The notes beneath the pieces are model-generated. The model had not been told where the DNA came from and searched no databases. It saw only the letters and a list, made by a program, of their open reading frames with translations. This document shows positions 39,650 to 50,852 of a stretch of DNA of 64,000 bases, in pieces. The stretch is from NCBI GenBank assembly GCA_040285855.1, contig JAUFOQ010000016.1:2790001-2854000 (forward strand). The letters run 5' to 3'. How positions within the stretch are numbered: the first letter of the stretch is position 1; each line of letters starts with the position of its first letter. The position numbers were made by a program, and so were the translations under genes. This DNA comes from Eukaryota sp. GEM-RC1. Its lineage: Eukaryota.

Positions 39650-40902
39650 ACACAAGCACACTGAAATTGTATATTGCCACAATAATACAACGTGTATTGT
39701 GCCTCGATTGAGACAATAATATGAGAAGAAAAACAGTTTTTGGTATAAAGTTTGTTGAACTCGTTACTACTGCTGATTTGCAACCATACTTGTGGAACAC
39801 ACTACTTTTGTCAGTGTGATTACATTCACAACCAGTATTTGTGGTCAAAAGAACCGAATATTTTGAAAAATAAAGCACATTGTACAATGAACTTATACTT
39901 ATAGACTTTACTAATGTTGTGGTTCTTATAACAATAGTTCCTTTTATTGTAAACACAAACTATTTCACAGTTTTGAGGCCATATCAATGTGTTACAACAT
40001 ATTTGCTTTGGATCGTTGGTCATGTCTTAACCCACTCGTTGGCACTGAAAGTCACATAATGACGGGTTCCTTTAGTTTGAAGATGTTGATTCCACAACAG
40101 AAAAGATTTAACAACGGAATATCTTGATGGGGACAGCCAAATCAAAAATTTCAGAAGCAGCAAGTTTTGTGCACTGAATCAGCAAGAAGCTGTTCAAAAC
40201 CTACAAAACTTGTAAAGGCATCAGTCACCACTTCGGTAAATTAGAATTGTTGTGCTAATTGACTTTTAACTTTCTTAAATATGAAGCAGGGTCCAAAACA
40301 TGTCACAGTAGCGCTACAGCGGCTGGTGGAACAGGTCATGGAACACATATTTAAGTGATGATATTGTCAAAAAAAAAACAAATGTGGCCTTCTAAAATCA
40401 ACATTTTGATCACAAGTAGTGTGATCACAGAAAACAGGCCAGTGTGATCACATGTATTTGTGATTCACAAGTATGTTTGCAACGACAAATGAAAGACGTA
40501 TTTAAACTTCTTTTCAGAAATTACGTCTTTACAAATAATGACCTTTTATTGACCCAAGGTGACTGTGATGCAGCGGATGTCATCTAGTTTCATCTCACAG
40601 CGCTTCTCACACGAAAAATTATTACAGTCCAAAAACCAATACCGCTTAAATTCATCCCTTCAATTTGAAATCATCTATTCGATTTTGTCAGTATTGGGAT
40701 TAATTCTTTCTCATTCAGCTGATTATTCTATTGTGATTTTGTATCAGTTTGATGCAGTGACGACGAGGTATAGTAGACTTAAACTCTCCAACCGAAACAT
40801 ACGAGTGATTTAACGACTATTGAAAATTTGACAGTAATTAAAACTCAGCAAAGTTTTCAGCAACTTTCAATTTTTTTCATATTTTTAAATATCAACAGTA
40901 TT

Positions 40903-42915
40903 TTATAATGGTAACGAAATATCATCAATTTCGTTAACAATTGGTGACGACGCAACCAAAGATGACAACGCAGCAACATCACTACCCAATTCATCTATTG
41001 AAACTTCCTCAATTCTAGAGCTCAAAGTAATAGCAGTCACATTAGACTTGGGAAGTGCATCAAGTTCAATCGAATCAAGAATGGTCATGATACGAGCTTC
41101 AACTGCAAACTTTTCCTCTATTGATGTACATACAAAATTTGGAATTTCATTAGAAATCTTACGAATTACGTGTGCAATGATTAAAGAAACTTGAGGTCTA
41201 GTAACACGCAGAATGTTGGCCAAAACATCTAAACATTCAATTAATGTATCACGAAGTTGAGCCAATCCATGTTCAACGTCATACATTCTAGCATACAGGT
41301 CTCCAATACCATTAGTAACACAAGCACGAGCTAAGACCATGTACAAAAAGACACTTGATCCATGTAACCAAGATCTTAGATTTGAATAGCGGAATAAACC
41401 CTTCATACAAGGTTCTAGAGTTCCATTAGTAAATACATCGTAACGACCAGGTTGTAGTCCAGGTTGCCATTGAGGATTGGAGCAGAAGTGTTTGAAAGGA
41501 ACTTCAGATGAACAATCCATTGGTGACCAATTGACAGCAGAGCATTTTGGACACCTATGTTGATCTGGTCCAGTCCAAACATTAGGCCCACTACCATGCC
41601 TACGGACTCCTGACCGCCCACAATCACCAATGATTTGGGAATGGCCACAAGATAAACAGTAATGGATATGTAGGCCAATGTTTTGTAAATGAATTCTTGA
41701 AAAACAACTATTTGAGAAATTGAAGGGAATAAAAGCAGCTTCAATAGAGGAAGTAGTAAATAACTGACAGGAATCAGAATTTAAAACTTCACCAAGTGGA
41801 AGTAGGTAAGAAGAAGAGTTTTCAAACAGATCATGAAGTTGTTTAAAATTAGAGTCAGGTATATTCTTATTCTTAGAAATTAAAATAGCAGAAACCTTAT
41901 GCCCAGTGATTTCAGATATGTCAATAGCTCCGCTTTGAAGTCTTTGGACTTCTTCAATGATTGCAGGATTACTCTTATAATCAGTATCACCTGCTAGACC
42001 ATTAAAATCGTCATCAGTTATAATCAATGGAGTAGGAATAAGGTCCTTTTGATTAAGGCTGACATTTGAATTGCTAGTCTTGTTAATTGAATCACTAAAA
42101 GATGACAATTCAGAGCTGTTATTCTTCAGTTCATCATCTTTCTGAAGTAAAGAATCAAAATCCAAAATTTTGAACTTATCAACAAGAAACTCTAGTAATG
42201 GCTGTTCTAGTTTTCTAATTCCACGTAAAGGATCGAGAAGTAAGTTCTCCCAATCTTTTAGGGAAAAAACAGTCAAATTGAAGTGATTCAAAATATTTGA
42301 AAACTGATATAATTCAAAATTAAAATTACAGACGGAGACCACTAATGACCTGACTAACCAGGATTGCAATTGATGGTCATCACAAAACTTAGTCAGCAAT
42401 TGAATAGAATCAGTTTTCAAATTAACACCGACATCAATTTGAATATCTTTTGATATCTTCAAATATGAACCAGCAATCTCCAAAGCCCTTAAATCATGAT
42501 TTTCATCTGCTCGTAACAGAAAAAGGAGCAACCAGGTCCAATTAACCAAGTTTTGAGTCATTACCAGTTCAATTTGGGTGATCAATGGATCTGCTTGAAA
42601 GTAATGGGCTAGGTAAAACAGATCGTAAACATTGGATTCAAAGACATCAACTTTGACACCATAAAGAGCGCTAATAAATGCAATAAAAGATGAATCACTT
42701 ACTGCTAGATGAGAAAAATCTAAGGGATTATTGTCTCTGTCAGCACACTCCACGTACCCAAGATCAAAGCAAGTCTTGGAGCTGGAAGCAAGCACGTTTC
42801 TACACACGTGGAGGGTATGGTCACCAAAGACAAGAGTTTGATCAGAGAGGGATGAGTTGTTGAATAGGGAGGAGAGAATGTCAGAGGAGGTTATGGAAAG
42901 AAACGGTTGTGACAT
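40903..42915 (-). CDS. Gene B: BTB/POZ domain + helical region + RNF213-like RZ-finger module (670 aa, intact)
   Basis: N-terminal SDQTLV...LHVCRNVLASSSK...FISALYG...LFYLAHYFQ BTB pattern; C-terminal CLSCGHSQIIGDCGR...CPKC and a downstream helical block shared with A, C and D. Confidence 0.85.
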   Translation of the reverse strand: MSQPFLSITSSDILSSLFNNSSLSDQTLVFGDHTLHVCRNVLASSSKTCFDLGYVECADRDNNPLDFSHLAVSDSSFIAFISALYGVKVDVFESNVYDLFYLAHYFQADPLITQIELVMTQNLVNWTWLLLFLLRADENHDLRALEIAGSYLKISKDIQIDVGVNLKTDSIQLLTKFCDDHQLQSWLVRSLVVSVCNFNFELYQFSNILNHFNLTVFSLKDWENLLLDPLRGIRKLEQPLLEFLVDKFKILDFDSLLQKDDELKNNSSELSSFSDSINKTSNSNVSLNQKDLIPTPLIITDDDFNGLAGDTDYKSNPAIIEEVQRLQSGAIDISEITGHKVSAILISKNKNIPDSNFKQLHDLFENSSSYLLPLGEVLNSDSCQLFTTSSIEAAFIPFNFSNSCFSRIHLQNIGLHIHYCLSCGHSQIIGDCGRSGVRRHGSGPNVWTGPDQHRCPKCSAVNWSPMDCSSEVPFKHFCSNPQWQPGLQPGRYDVFTNGTLEPCMKGLFRYSNLRSWLHGSSVFLYMVLARACVTNGIGDLYARMYDVEHGLAQLRDTLIECLDVLANILRVTRPQVSLIIAHVIRKISNEIPNFVCTSIEEKFAVEARIMTILDSIELDALPKSNVTAITLSSRIEEVSIDELGSDVAALSSLVASSPIVNEIDDISLPL

Positions 42916-43501
42916 TGTGAAGAAAGATTGTTCTTGAATTAATTGACTTTTGAAGACACTTCATAGTATTTCTTTTCTCCAAACAAATGTTAAAGAAAAT
43001 GTGTGCATAAACCTTGGAGTAAAAAGTCAAGATCTGGTGGATGCGAATAGCAAACTGTCAAATATGTGTAGAATTCTGTCCGATTTCAAAAACAGACATC
43101 GTTTTAACCAACATTCTCAACATAGGTTAACGAAGGAATTATTGGAGAGAAGCTCATGTGGATTTAGCCATCATGGCACAATAATTCAATTTCCTGTCTT
43201 TCCACTACAAACATAAATATTATTGTTGATCATCCGTATTTATTGACAACAACACTATAGTGTACAAGTTTTGTATATAAGTTGTGGATTTCGGCTTGTA
43301 CTGGACCAAGTTTGCCGTGGTTGAGTAGTAGTTTGCAGTTTCCAGTTAATGGAAACTGTCCAATCTCTGCTAGTACACTCTAACACTTCTAACATGTCGT
43401 ATAGCCAATATTAATTGAACATTAATTCACCTGATCAAATTAAAGCATGGATTTAAATCTGTTCTGTATTAAATTTGGTTGTACTGGTCTACTAAGAAAG
43501 A

Positions 43502-46500
43502 CTACGTCGATAATTTCTTTAAGCCGTGAAACATCTCAGACACTTTCAATTGACACTCCTCCAAGAATTTCAAATCGTCATTGTAATAACAAAGGTCACA
43601 GTCCTGGGAATCCATTGGATGAATTCCAACTCTCAAAACAAACTTCTTTAATAAACTAATATGAGTCATGATATCTGGAATTCCTTTTAGTTTGAGTAAT
43701 GACTTTACAGTTTTAGCTAAAAGTTTGGACTTGAACTGAGACTGAACCAATTCTTCCAGAATGTGATACGGGAAATTTTGCTCAACCAACTTTAATATTG
43801 TTAAAATCTGCCCAATCGGTTCATTTTCAAAAGAAGTCCAATATTTTGACAGAAATCGTCAAGTTTTCTCTGCTTCAGGAATGCCTTTAAGCTCATAGAC
43901 CTGTCATTTGGAGGTTCTGTAGCGATAGTTCTAGTGACAATAATAATTTCATTATACAGAGGTAGGTAATCATCATCAATAACGGAAGGTGGAAAAACAA
44001 CATTACCATCGACAGTAAAACCTTCTTCTAAAAGAATATCCTCCAAGTCATATAGATCTTTGGTTTTGGAAAGTAGAAACTCTGGAGATTCTATTGGTTC
44101 AATTTTGTGCTTAATCAATCCAGAAAGAATGTAACCGTCATAAACGTGATCTACAATACGTAAACGGCAAGTGAAAGGATCAAGGGTGATACCACGACCT
44201 TCACACTTTATCTGAACAAAGGAATCAGAATTGATTGAAAAGAGATCAATCGATCCCAATGAATAATTCCCAACAAGAGCATTATGAGTGTTAACAAATT
44301 CTTCTTCAATTAGAGTTCGAATAGGCATAGCATCACCAGAATCGTCAAGAGTGAATAATCCAAGGCAAGAAGAATCAGAAAGCTCTTCATCAAGAAGATA
44401 TGATTGACACCCAACAGTGATTTCTTCTCTACCCAATAATCGTCGCAAATCAGTCACAATTAAACTATAGCTGTCAATTGCTTCTGAAAACAGTCTTTTA
44501 CTAGGCCGATTAGTCATAATTGATGTAATCGGAGTAATGATTGCCTTGTCTTTAAGGATTGAAGCAGTCTCTTCACGAACAAATTTAACAAGTTTTAAAA
44601 ATTCTGGAAGGTGTTCGCCGACGATCATGAAACTGTTTGATTTTGAAATATCAATAATATTTAAAAATGGTGACGACTTATCAGCAATTTCGTTAACAAT
44701 TGGTGACGACGCAACCAAAGATGACAACGCAGCAACATCGCTGCTAAATTCCTCTACTGAAACTCCCTCAATTCTAGAGCTCAAAGTAAGAGCAGTCACA
44801 TCAGACTTGGGAAGTGGATCAAGTTCAATTGAATCAAGAATGGTCATGATACGAGCTTCAGCTTCAAACTTTTCCTCTATTGTTGTACATACAAAATTTG
44901 GAATTTCATTAGAAATTTTTCGAATTACGTGTGCAATGATCAAAGAAACTTGAGGTCTAGTAACACGCAGAATGTTGGCCAAAACATCTAAACATTCAAT
45001 TAATGTATCACGAAGTTGAGCCAATCCATGTTCAACGTCATACATTCTAGCATACTGGTCTCCAATACCAATAGTAACACAAGCACGAGCTAAGACCATG
45101 TATAAAAAGATACTTGATCCAAGTAACCAAGATCTTAGATTTGAATAGCGGAATAAACCCTTCAGACAAGGTTCTAAAGTGCCATTAGTAAATACATCGT
45201 AACGACCAGGTTGTAGTCCAGGTTGCCATTGAGGATTGGAGCAGAAGTGTTTGAAAGGAACTTCAGGTGAAGAATCCATTGGTGCCCAATTGACAGCAGA
45301 ACATTTTGGACAATTATGTTTATCTCCCCCTGTCCAAACATCGGGACGATTGCCATGTTCATTAACTCCTGAACCTCCACAATTTTCAACGATTTGAGTA
45401 AACCCACAAGTTAAACAGTAGTGGCTATGAAACCCATACCTATTTAAATCAATTCTTGAAAAACAATTATTTGGGAAATTAAAGGGAATATAAACAGCTT
45501 CAATAGAGGGAAGTAGAAAACGTCCTACAAGAATCAGAATTTAAAACTTCACCAAGTGGAAGTAGGTAAGAAATAGAGTTTTCAAACAGATCATGAAGTT
45601 GTTTAAAAATAGAGTCAGGTATATTCCTATTCTTAGAAATTAAAATAGCAGAAACCTTATGCCCAGTGATTTCAGACAGGTCAATAGTTCCAGCTTGAAG
45701 TCTTTGGACTTCTTCAATGATTGCAGGATTACTTTTATAGTCAGTATCACCTGCTAAACCACTAAAATCGTCATCATTCAAGTTCAATGGGGCAAGTAAC
45801 TCCTGTTTTTGACTGGTAGTTCCATCTGAATCCTTGATTAAACAAGAAAGAGCTTCCATTGCTTCACCCTCAGTTCCACGTGATAAAAGTAAACGAATAA
45901 GGAAAGTCTTTGTTCCAATCAAATGTGATTTTGTCTTTTCTGATTGGTCAAGTGAGAAGTTCAAAACTTCGATAGGAAGTGGTTGGTTTTTGTCAATAAG
46001 ATCTGTAACCAAGATAGAAAATAACTTACTATAAAGAGTAATTAGAGTGAGTTGTGAGGCTTTACGTAACTTAGCCAGTACTTCAGACAGAGTTGGTAAC
46101 GGGAAACCAAGTTTAGGCACACATGAAGCAAATGACTGAGACAAGGAAGCCAAAAACCATGGAAAAGATTCAGAATCACGGTACCTTAAGAAAAGAGATT
46201 CAAGACAAGTGGGGGTTGATTCAATAAATGATGATAAGTTTGGGTGGTTCGGATTCATTTTCAATTTTTCAAACAATTTTTCAAATATTAAAGGAGTCAC
46301 GTCACCAATAACAGAAGGATCACTAACAAGCTCAAAAAGATTAGACTGTAACAACAACTCAGGATTAAAATGATCACAAAGAGCTCCAATGACACGTAAG
46401 CGATTAGGTGTTGGATCTGACAAGAAGAATTTAATAGTGTCTAAAACATCTTGTTCACTAGTAATTATATTCTCAGAAGCAAGTTCGTCAGGACAATCAT

Positions 46501-48271
46501 GAACATATGCTAACTTTAACCAAGAAGTACATATTCTGCCTAAAGAACTATCTTCAATCTCTAAAGAAAGATGAGATAACACAGCTTCTTTAGCTTCAGG
46601 TTGCAGAGAATTAATGAGCTGGAAACCCAGAGCTGTCGTTGATTGATCCTCATGGATTGGTTGGTTGAGTGATTGGAGATGAGCAATAACACGTGATTGG
46701 TGGTAAAGTTGTTTGTTTGTTAAGAAAATGTAAAGCTCAGAAAAGAGATCAACGATTGAGGGACAAGCAGAAGCATTTTGAACGAAAGAATCAACAAAGA
46801 ATACCGATATCTCGAAATATTCAAATATTGGTCGAACAATTGAGGTGATATCATTTTCTTCAACTTTGCAGGTATAATTATAAAGCATAACATCGTGATC
46901 TGACATATCTTCAATCAACTCCAAAAAGAGATCAAGCTCAGAATTGTTATCACGATGATATTCAATTAAAGCACAAATAAAGTAAAGGAAAGGCAGTTCC
47001 ACGAAAGTTAAGATTCCAAATGAAGTTCTTGTAGAATTGCATTGTGGTAACTTAGACGAAGATAAAATCCAAGAAACGTATTCAAGGTAAGATTTAATCG
47101 ACATAAAACCGGTATCAAAAGGAATCATCAGATTCCAATCAATTAACACGGAGAAAACTTCTTTCAAATGTGAAAACACGTGATCGTTAACGATGGTGAA
47201 AGAACTAAACTTTGTAAGTTTTCTTTCTAAATCACGAACTGTCTCAATCAAACAATTGTTGTGGTTGATCAAAAGGGTACTACTATCATTATCCCCAATC
47301 AAAAATGTTTGATCATCACAATCAGAAACATTCACACCTTTAATAATCTCAGTAATTTCATTGATTGTTGGTCGTAACATGGGATCAGAATGCAAACATT
47401 TTGAAATTAAATCCTTTAAACAATCAGGTACTGAAGAATCAAAAGGTAATGAATCGTTGATATCAGGACTCTGACTCGCCACTTGGCCTTCAAAAGCTTC
47501 TTGTCCAGACAAAATTTGATACATAATTAACCCAAGTGAATAAATGTCACGTTGAGGTCCATATTGTGTATTTAATTCATCTGAAACACCAGTTTTAGAA
47601 AACACGGCAGGTTTTCCAGTTTTCAAAGAAGTTGTAGAAACAGTTTTGGAGGTACCAAAATCAGCAACTTTAACGTGACCATCCACTAGAAGAATATTGC
47701 ATGGTTTCAAGTCACCATGAACAACAGACTTCAGGTGGAGAAACTTGACACCCTGGCAAAGCTCTTTAGCGTATCTAAGTGTTACTGATGACAGAGAACT
47801 TGGGAAGGGGAGGGAAGAAGAAGCTCTTTCCATCACGATACCAATAGAATCATTGAAGAAGGAGATGCCATAGACACGTATAACAGAAGGATGATTCAGG
47901 TTGTAGAGCAGATTCATTTCTTTTTGGAGTTCGAGTTTCCCTTTATCTGTAAGGGCAACCATCTTGACAGCGACAGGGAGATCGGACCATTCGGCTGCAA
48001 AGACGACAGCAAAATCATCTTCTGCAATTTTAGCTCCGAGAAGTATGTGATCGGGAGAAATTTGAGGGCAAAGATCGCCTTTATTGGAAGCAATGACCAG
48101 ATCGAGTATACAAGAGTTAGGCTTCTTCTCCTTGAGACATTCGATACGACAGAAGGGGCAGACGTCTAGAGAAGCACAGCATTCAGTACAAGCAGAGTGT
48201 CCTTCGCCACAAACCAACAGAGGAAGACGAGAAGATAGATTAAATGGCTTGCAGCAGCCAAAGCAGTTCAT
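43502..48271 (-). CDS. Gene C: RING + degenerate kinase + long helical region + RZ-like finger + RNF213-like C-terminal domain (~1,590 aa); frameshifts at ~45509 and ~43853
   Basis: ORFs 45500-48310, 43801-45279 and 43502-43789 join by single-base corrections. The hidden segment translates SIEAVYIPFNFPNNCFSRIDLNRYGFHSHYCLTCGFTQIVENCGGSG...CPKC. Confidence 0.8.
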
Positions 48272-49049
48272 CCAAAGTGATAGAGTTTTGTTTTGGAAAT
48301 CAAAATTCAATTTCTATTTGTCAAAACTAACATTCAAAAGTTATTATTCACGAACAGCTTTTCTCTAGTTAAGAGTGTCACAATTCATTGTAAAATGTGT
48401 CTAATGATGATTTCTTAGTCTGTCTGGAACTCGATACAAGTATTTCTGAAATATATGAGATTGTAAATATAAATTCAATTTTGGCCAAGCTTTTTGGTGG
48501 TAACTACTAGTGCTTGTCGGACTTGGATAGTGCGCTTGATAATTTCCTGTACGTGCTTTGTTAAGTGCATTCTAGTATCGGTATCCAAATTGAGGTAACA
48601 CAACGAAATGAACTGACTCTACACGATATGTCAATATTTGACTGTATTGATGGAACTCCCTGTTATTATATACTAGTATATATATATCTACAGAATTTTG
48701 TTTTCGAGTTTTGTAATCGATATCCTTCAAGTACTTCTCTTTGTCAAATTACTTACAGTTTATATCTCATTCATCTCCGTTGCGATATTGGAGGTTTTTC
48801 TCCCGAGTGATGCTCACTTTGTTTTCCTACTGATATCACAGTATTTCCATGTCGAAACATTTTGTCTTTAAAATTTGCTTTAAAGATATTCGTAAATCAT
48901 TTATTAAATTATTGTGAGTGTAAATTTTACTGTTCGGTTAAGGAAAAAAACCCAGTTTCCCTAATTTGTTAATTGATTTTTAATGAGGGTGCTGATGTGG
49001 CATTAATTAATCAAATTTCACAAAGGTATGGTCTACTATTAAACGATCA

Positions 49050-49750
49050 TCAATGGACCACTACAATGCGACTTCGTTGCTGTTTATGACCATACAATTT
49101 GCCAAACGATCTTTTATGTAGTTGTGGTAAACAATTAGCCTGTTCTCATTTGTTAAGTTGTAATCGCTACATAACTTATCAGACATGTATGCATGAATGA
49201 TACTGTAACAGACCAAATACATGCTCTGTGTAAGTTCTACAAAATTGAATAATTTGTTGAACCACTTCTTAACTCTTTAGATTTAAATTATTGTGATATT
49301 GTAATGTCGAAAAACAGAATCAATTTTTTGGTGAACAGAGAGCAGATTTTGTTGTCCCTTCTTCTTCAGACAAATTGTTTATTGTTGATGTGGTGTCAGT
49401 GGATGTTTGGAAGAAGACATCTTTAAAGAATGCTTACTCTAAAACCTCCCTGAACAAGCCAAACTTGATAAGTACAGAAAATCATTAATGGCTCTAAAAC
49501 TTGTAAAACGTGTTAAGTATGAATTATACCCTTTTGGTGTATCCAGCTACGGATATTTAGGAAAAAGTGATCTGAGCTTTTAAATCAATTTCGAAAATCG
49601 TAAAAAGAAGGATGAATACACGCTTTGATCATATGTTATGGATGAATCGTATCGTTTTTAGTGTTTTAAAACAATTTTCCTAGTCATCTCCAAAGCTTTA
49701 CTAGCTCTGAATATCGGTTGTAAGATTTGGTGATGACAAATGTTGTTTTA
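49050..49750 (+). mobile_element. Highly degenerate non-LTR (REL-type) 3' fragment
   Basis: Broken MRLRC, CSCG, HLLSC, RADF, IVDVVSVDV and WMNRIVF motifs. Confidence 0.6.
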
Positions 49751-49872
49751 TTGATAACAATTTTGGTTATATCACTTTTATAAATTACGTCATAAACAAC
49801 TTCTCGATTATTTATACAATGTATAAACATGTACATATGATATGATCTTTGGATAAAGTTTGATAAATTAAC

Positions 49873-50499
49873 CAGGGGTTGAAAAATATATGTTTATTGT
49901 CCACCAAAAATATTTATTGACACTCTGTGAGGTCGAACAACATGGTATTGTTATTGTGAACAATATATATGTATTTATGGACAATAGATTGCAATATTGG
50001 AAAATACAAACAACAGTTTTTTCTACGAGTTGTAAATCCTGCGAAGTGTTTTCTGATTTCACAAAGCATGATTGAAGCGCAAAAACAGTTGTTTTTGTAA
50101 GGTATATGGATCCAAAGCAGGTCCATGACAACATAAAGTGGGGTTTGTGCCACTGATGAGCCTCTCTCCACTTCCCTACTGGGTGGGTGATGGAGAAAAG
50201 GTCATTGTCTACTGAATTGATGGTGCTTGAAACAATAAGTTGACACTTGAAGCCGAATGGAGAAGTCAATACATAGACTTGTTTAGATTCCTCCCTCTTC
50301 AAGGAACGTCTATACTATTACACAATGTATTTTCCCACAAATATTCTATAAAACACTGCTGAATCGATTAATTTTCACTGACATTACCCAACAATATATT
50401 GCACAATATTTATTGATATTGTGTACTTGCCAACAATACCATATTGTTATTGTACTTATTGCAATATATTGCAATATCAATACATTTTTCCAATCCCTG
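49873..50499. mobile_element. Non-autonomous hAT element (627 bp)
   Basis: Ends CAGGGGTTGAAAAAT / ATTTTTCCAATCCCTG; perfect 8-bp TSD AAATTAAC on both sides (49865-49872, 50500-50507). Confidence 0.9.
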
Positions 50500-50852
50500 A
50501 AATTAACTGATGTGCTTTTGCTTATGTTTCGTATTTAATATCATTAAATTGTTTAAACATTTTCATTTCAACATCAGGATATTTAAATCCAATTAGTAAC
50601 ATTTTGTTTCTATTTAAAAAGATATATAATTGTAAGAGGAAGTTTTAAGACGTATCTTATACTTGAGATCATCCCCACTTCGAGTTTATGAAAACATTGA
50701 GTTTACTTATCCGCCATTATTAACTGTGTTACAAATGAAATTAGACGGAATGTGATAGTGTTCTAATCACTAATTATTTCAATTCATAGTCAAAAGATTT
50801 GTGTGTCCACATGTGCGTTGCAATTGAACAAGCACATAATCATTTGTTGAGT

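Noticed and set aside
38386..40813. Short ORFs in AT-rich intergenic DNA (also 48565-50302 and 58649-58855)
   Set aside because: They have no motifs, many start at non-ATG codons, and several overlap MITEs or repeats.
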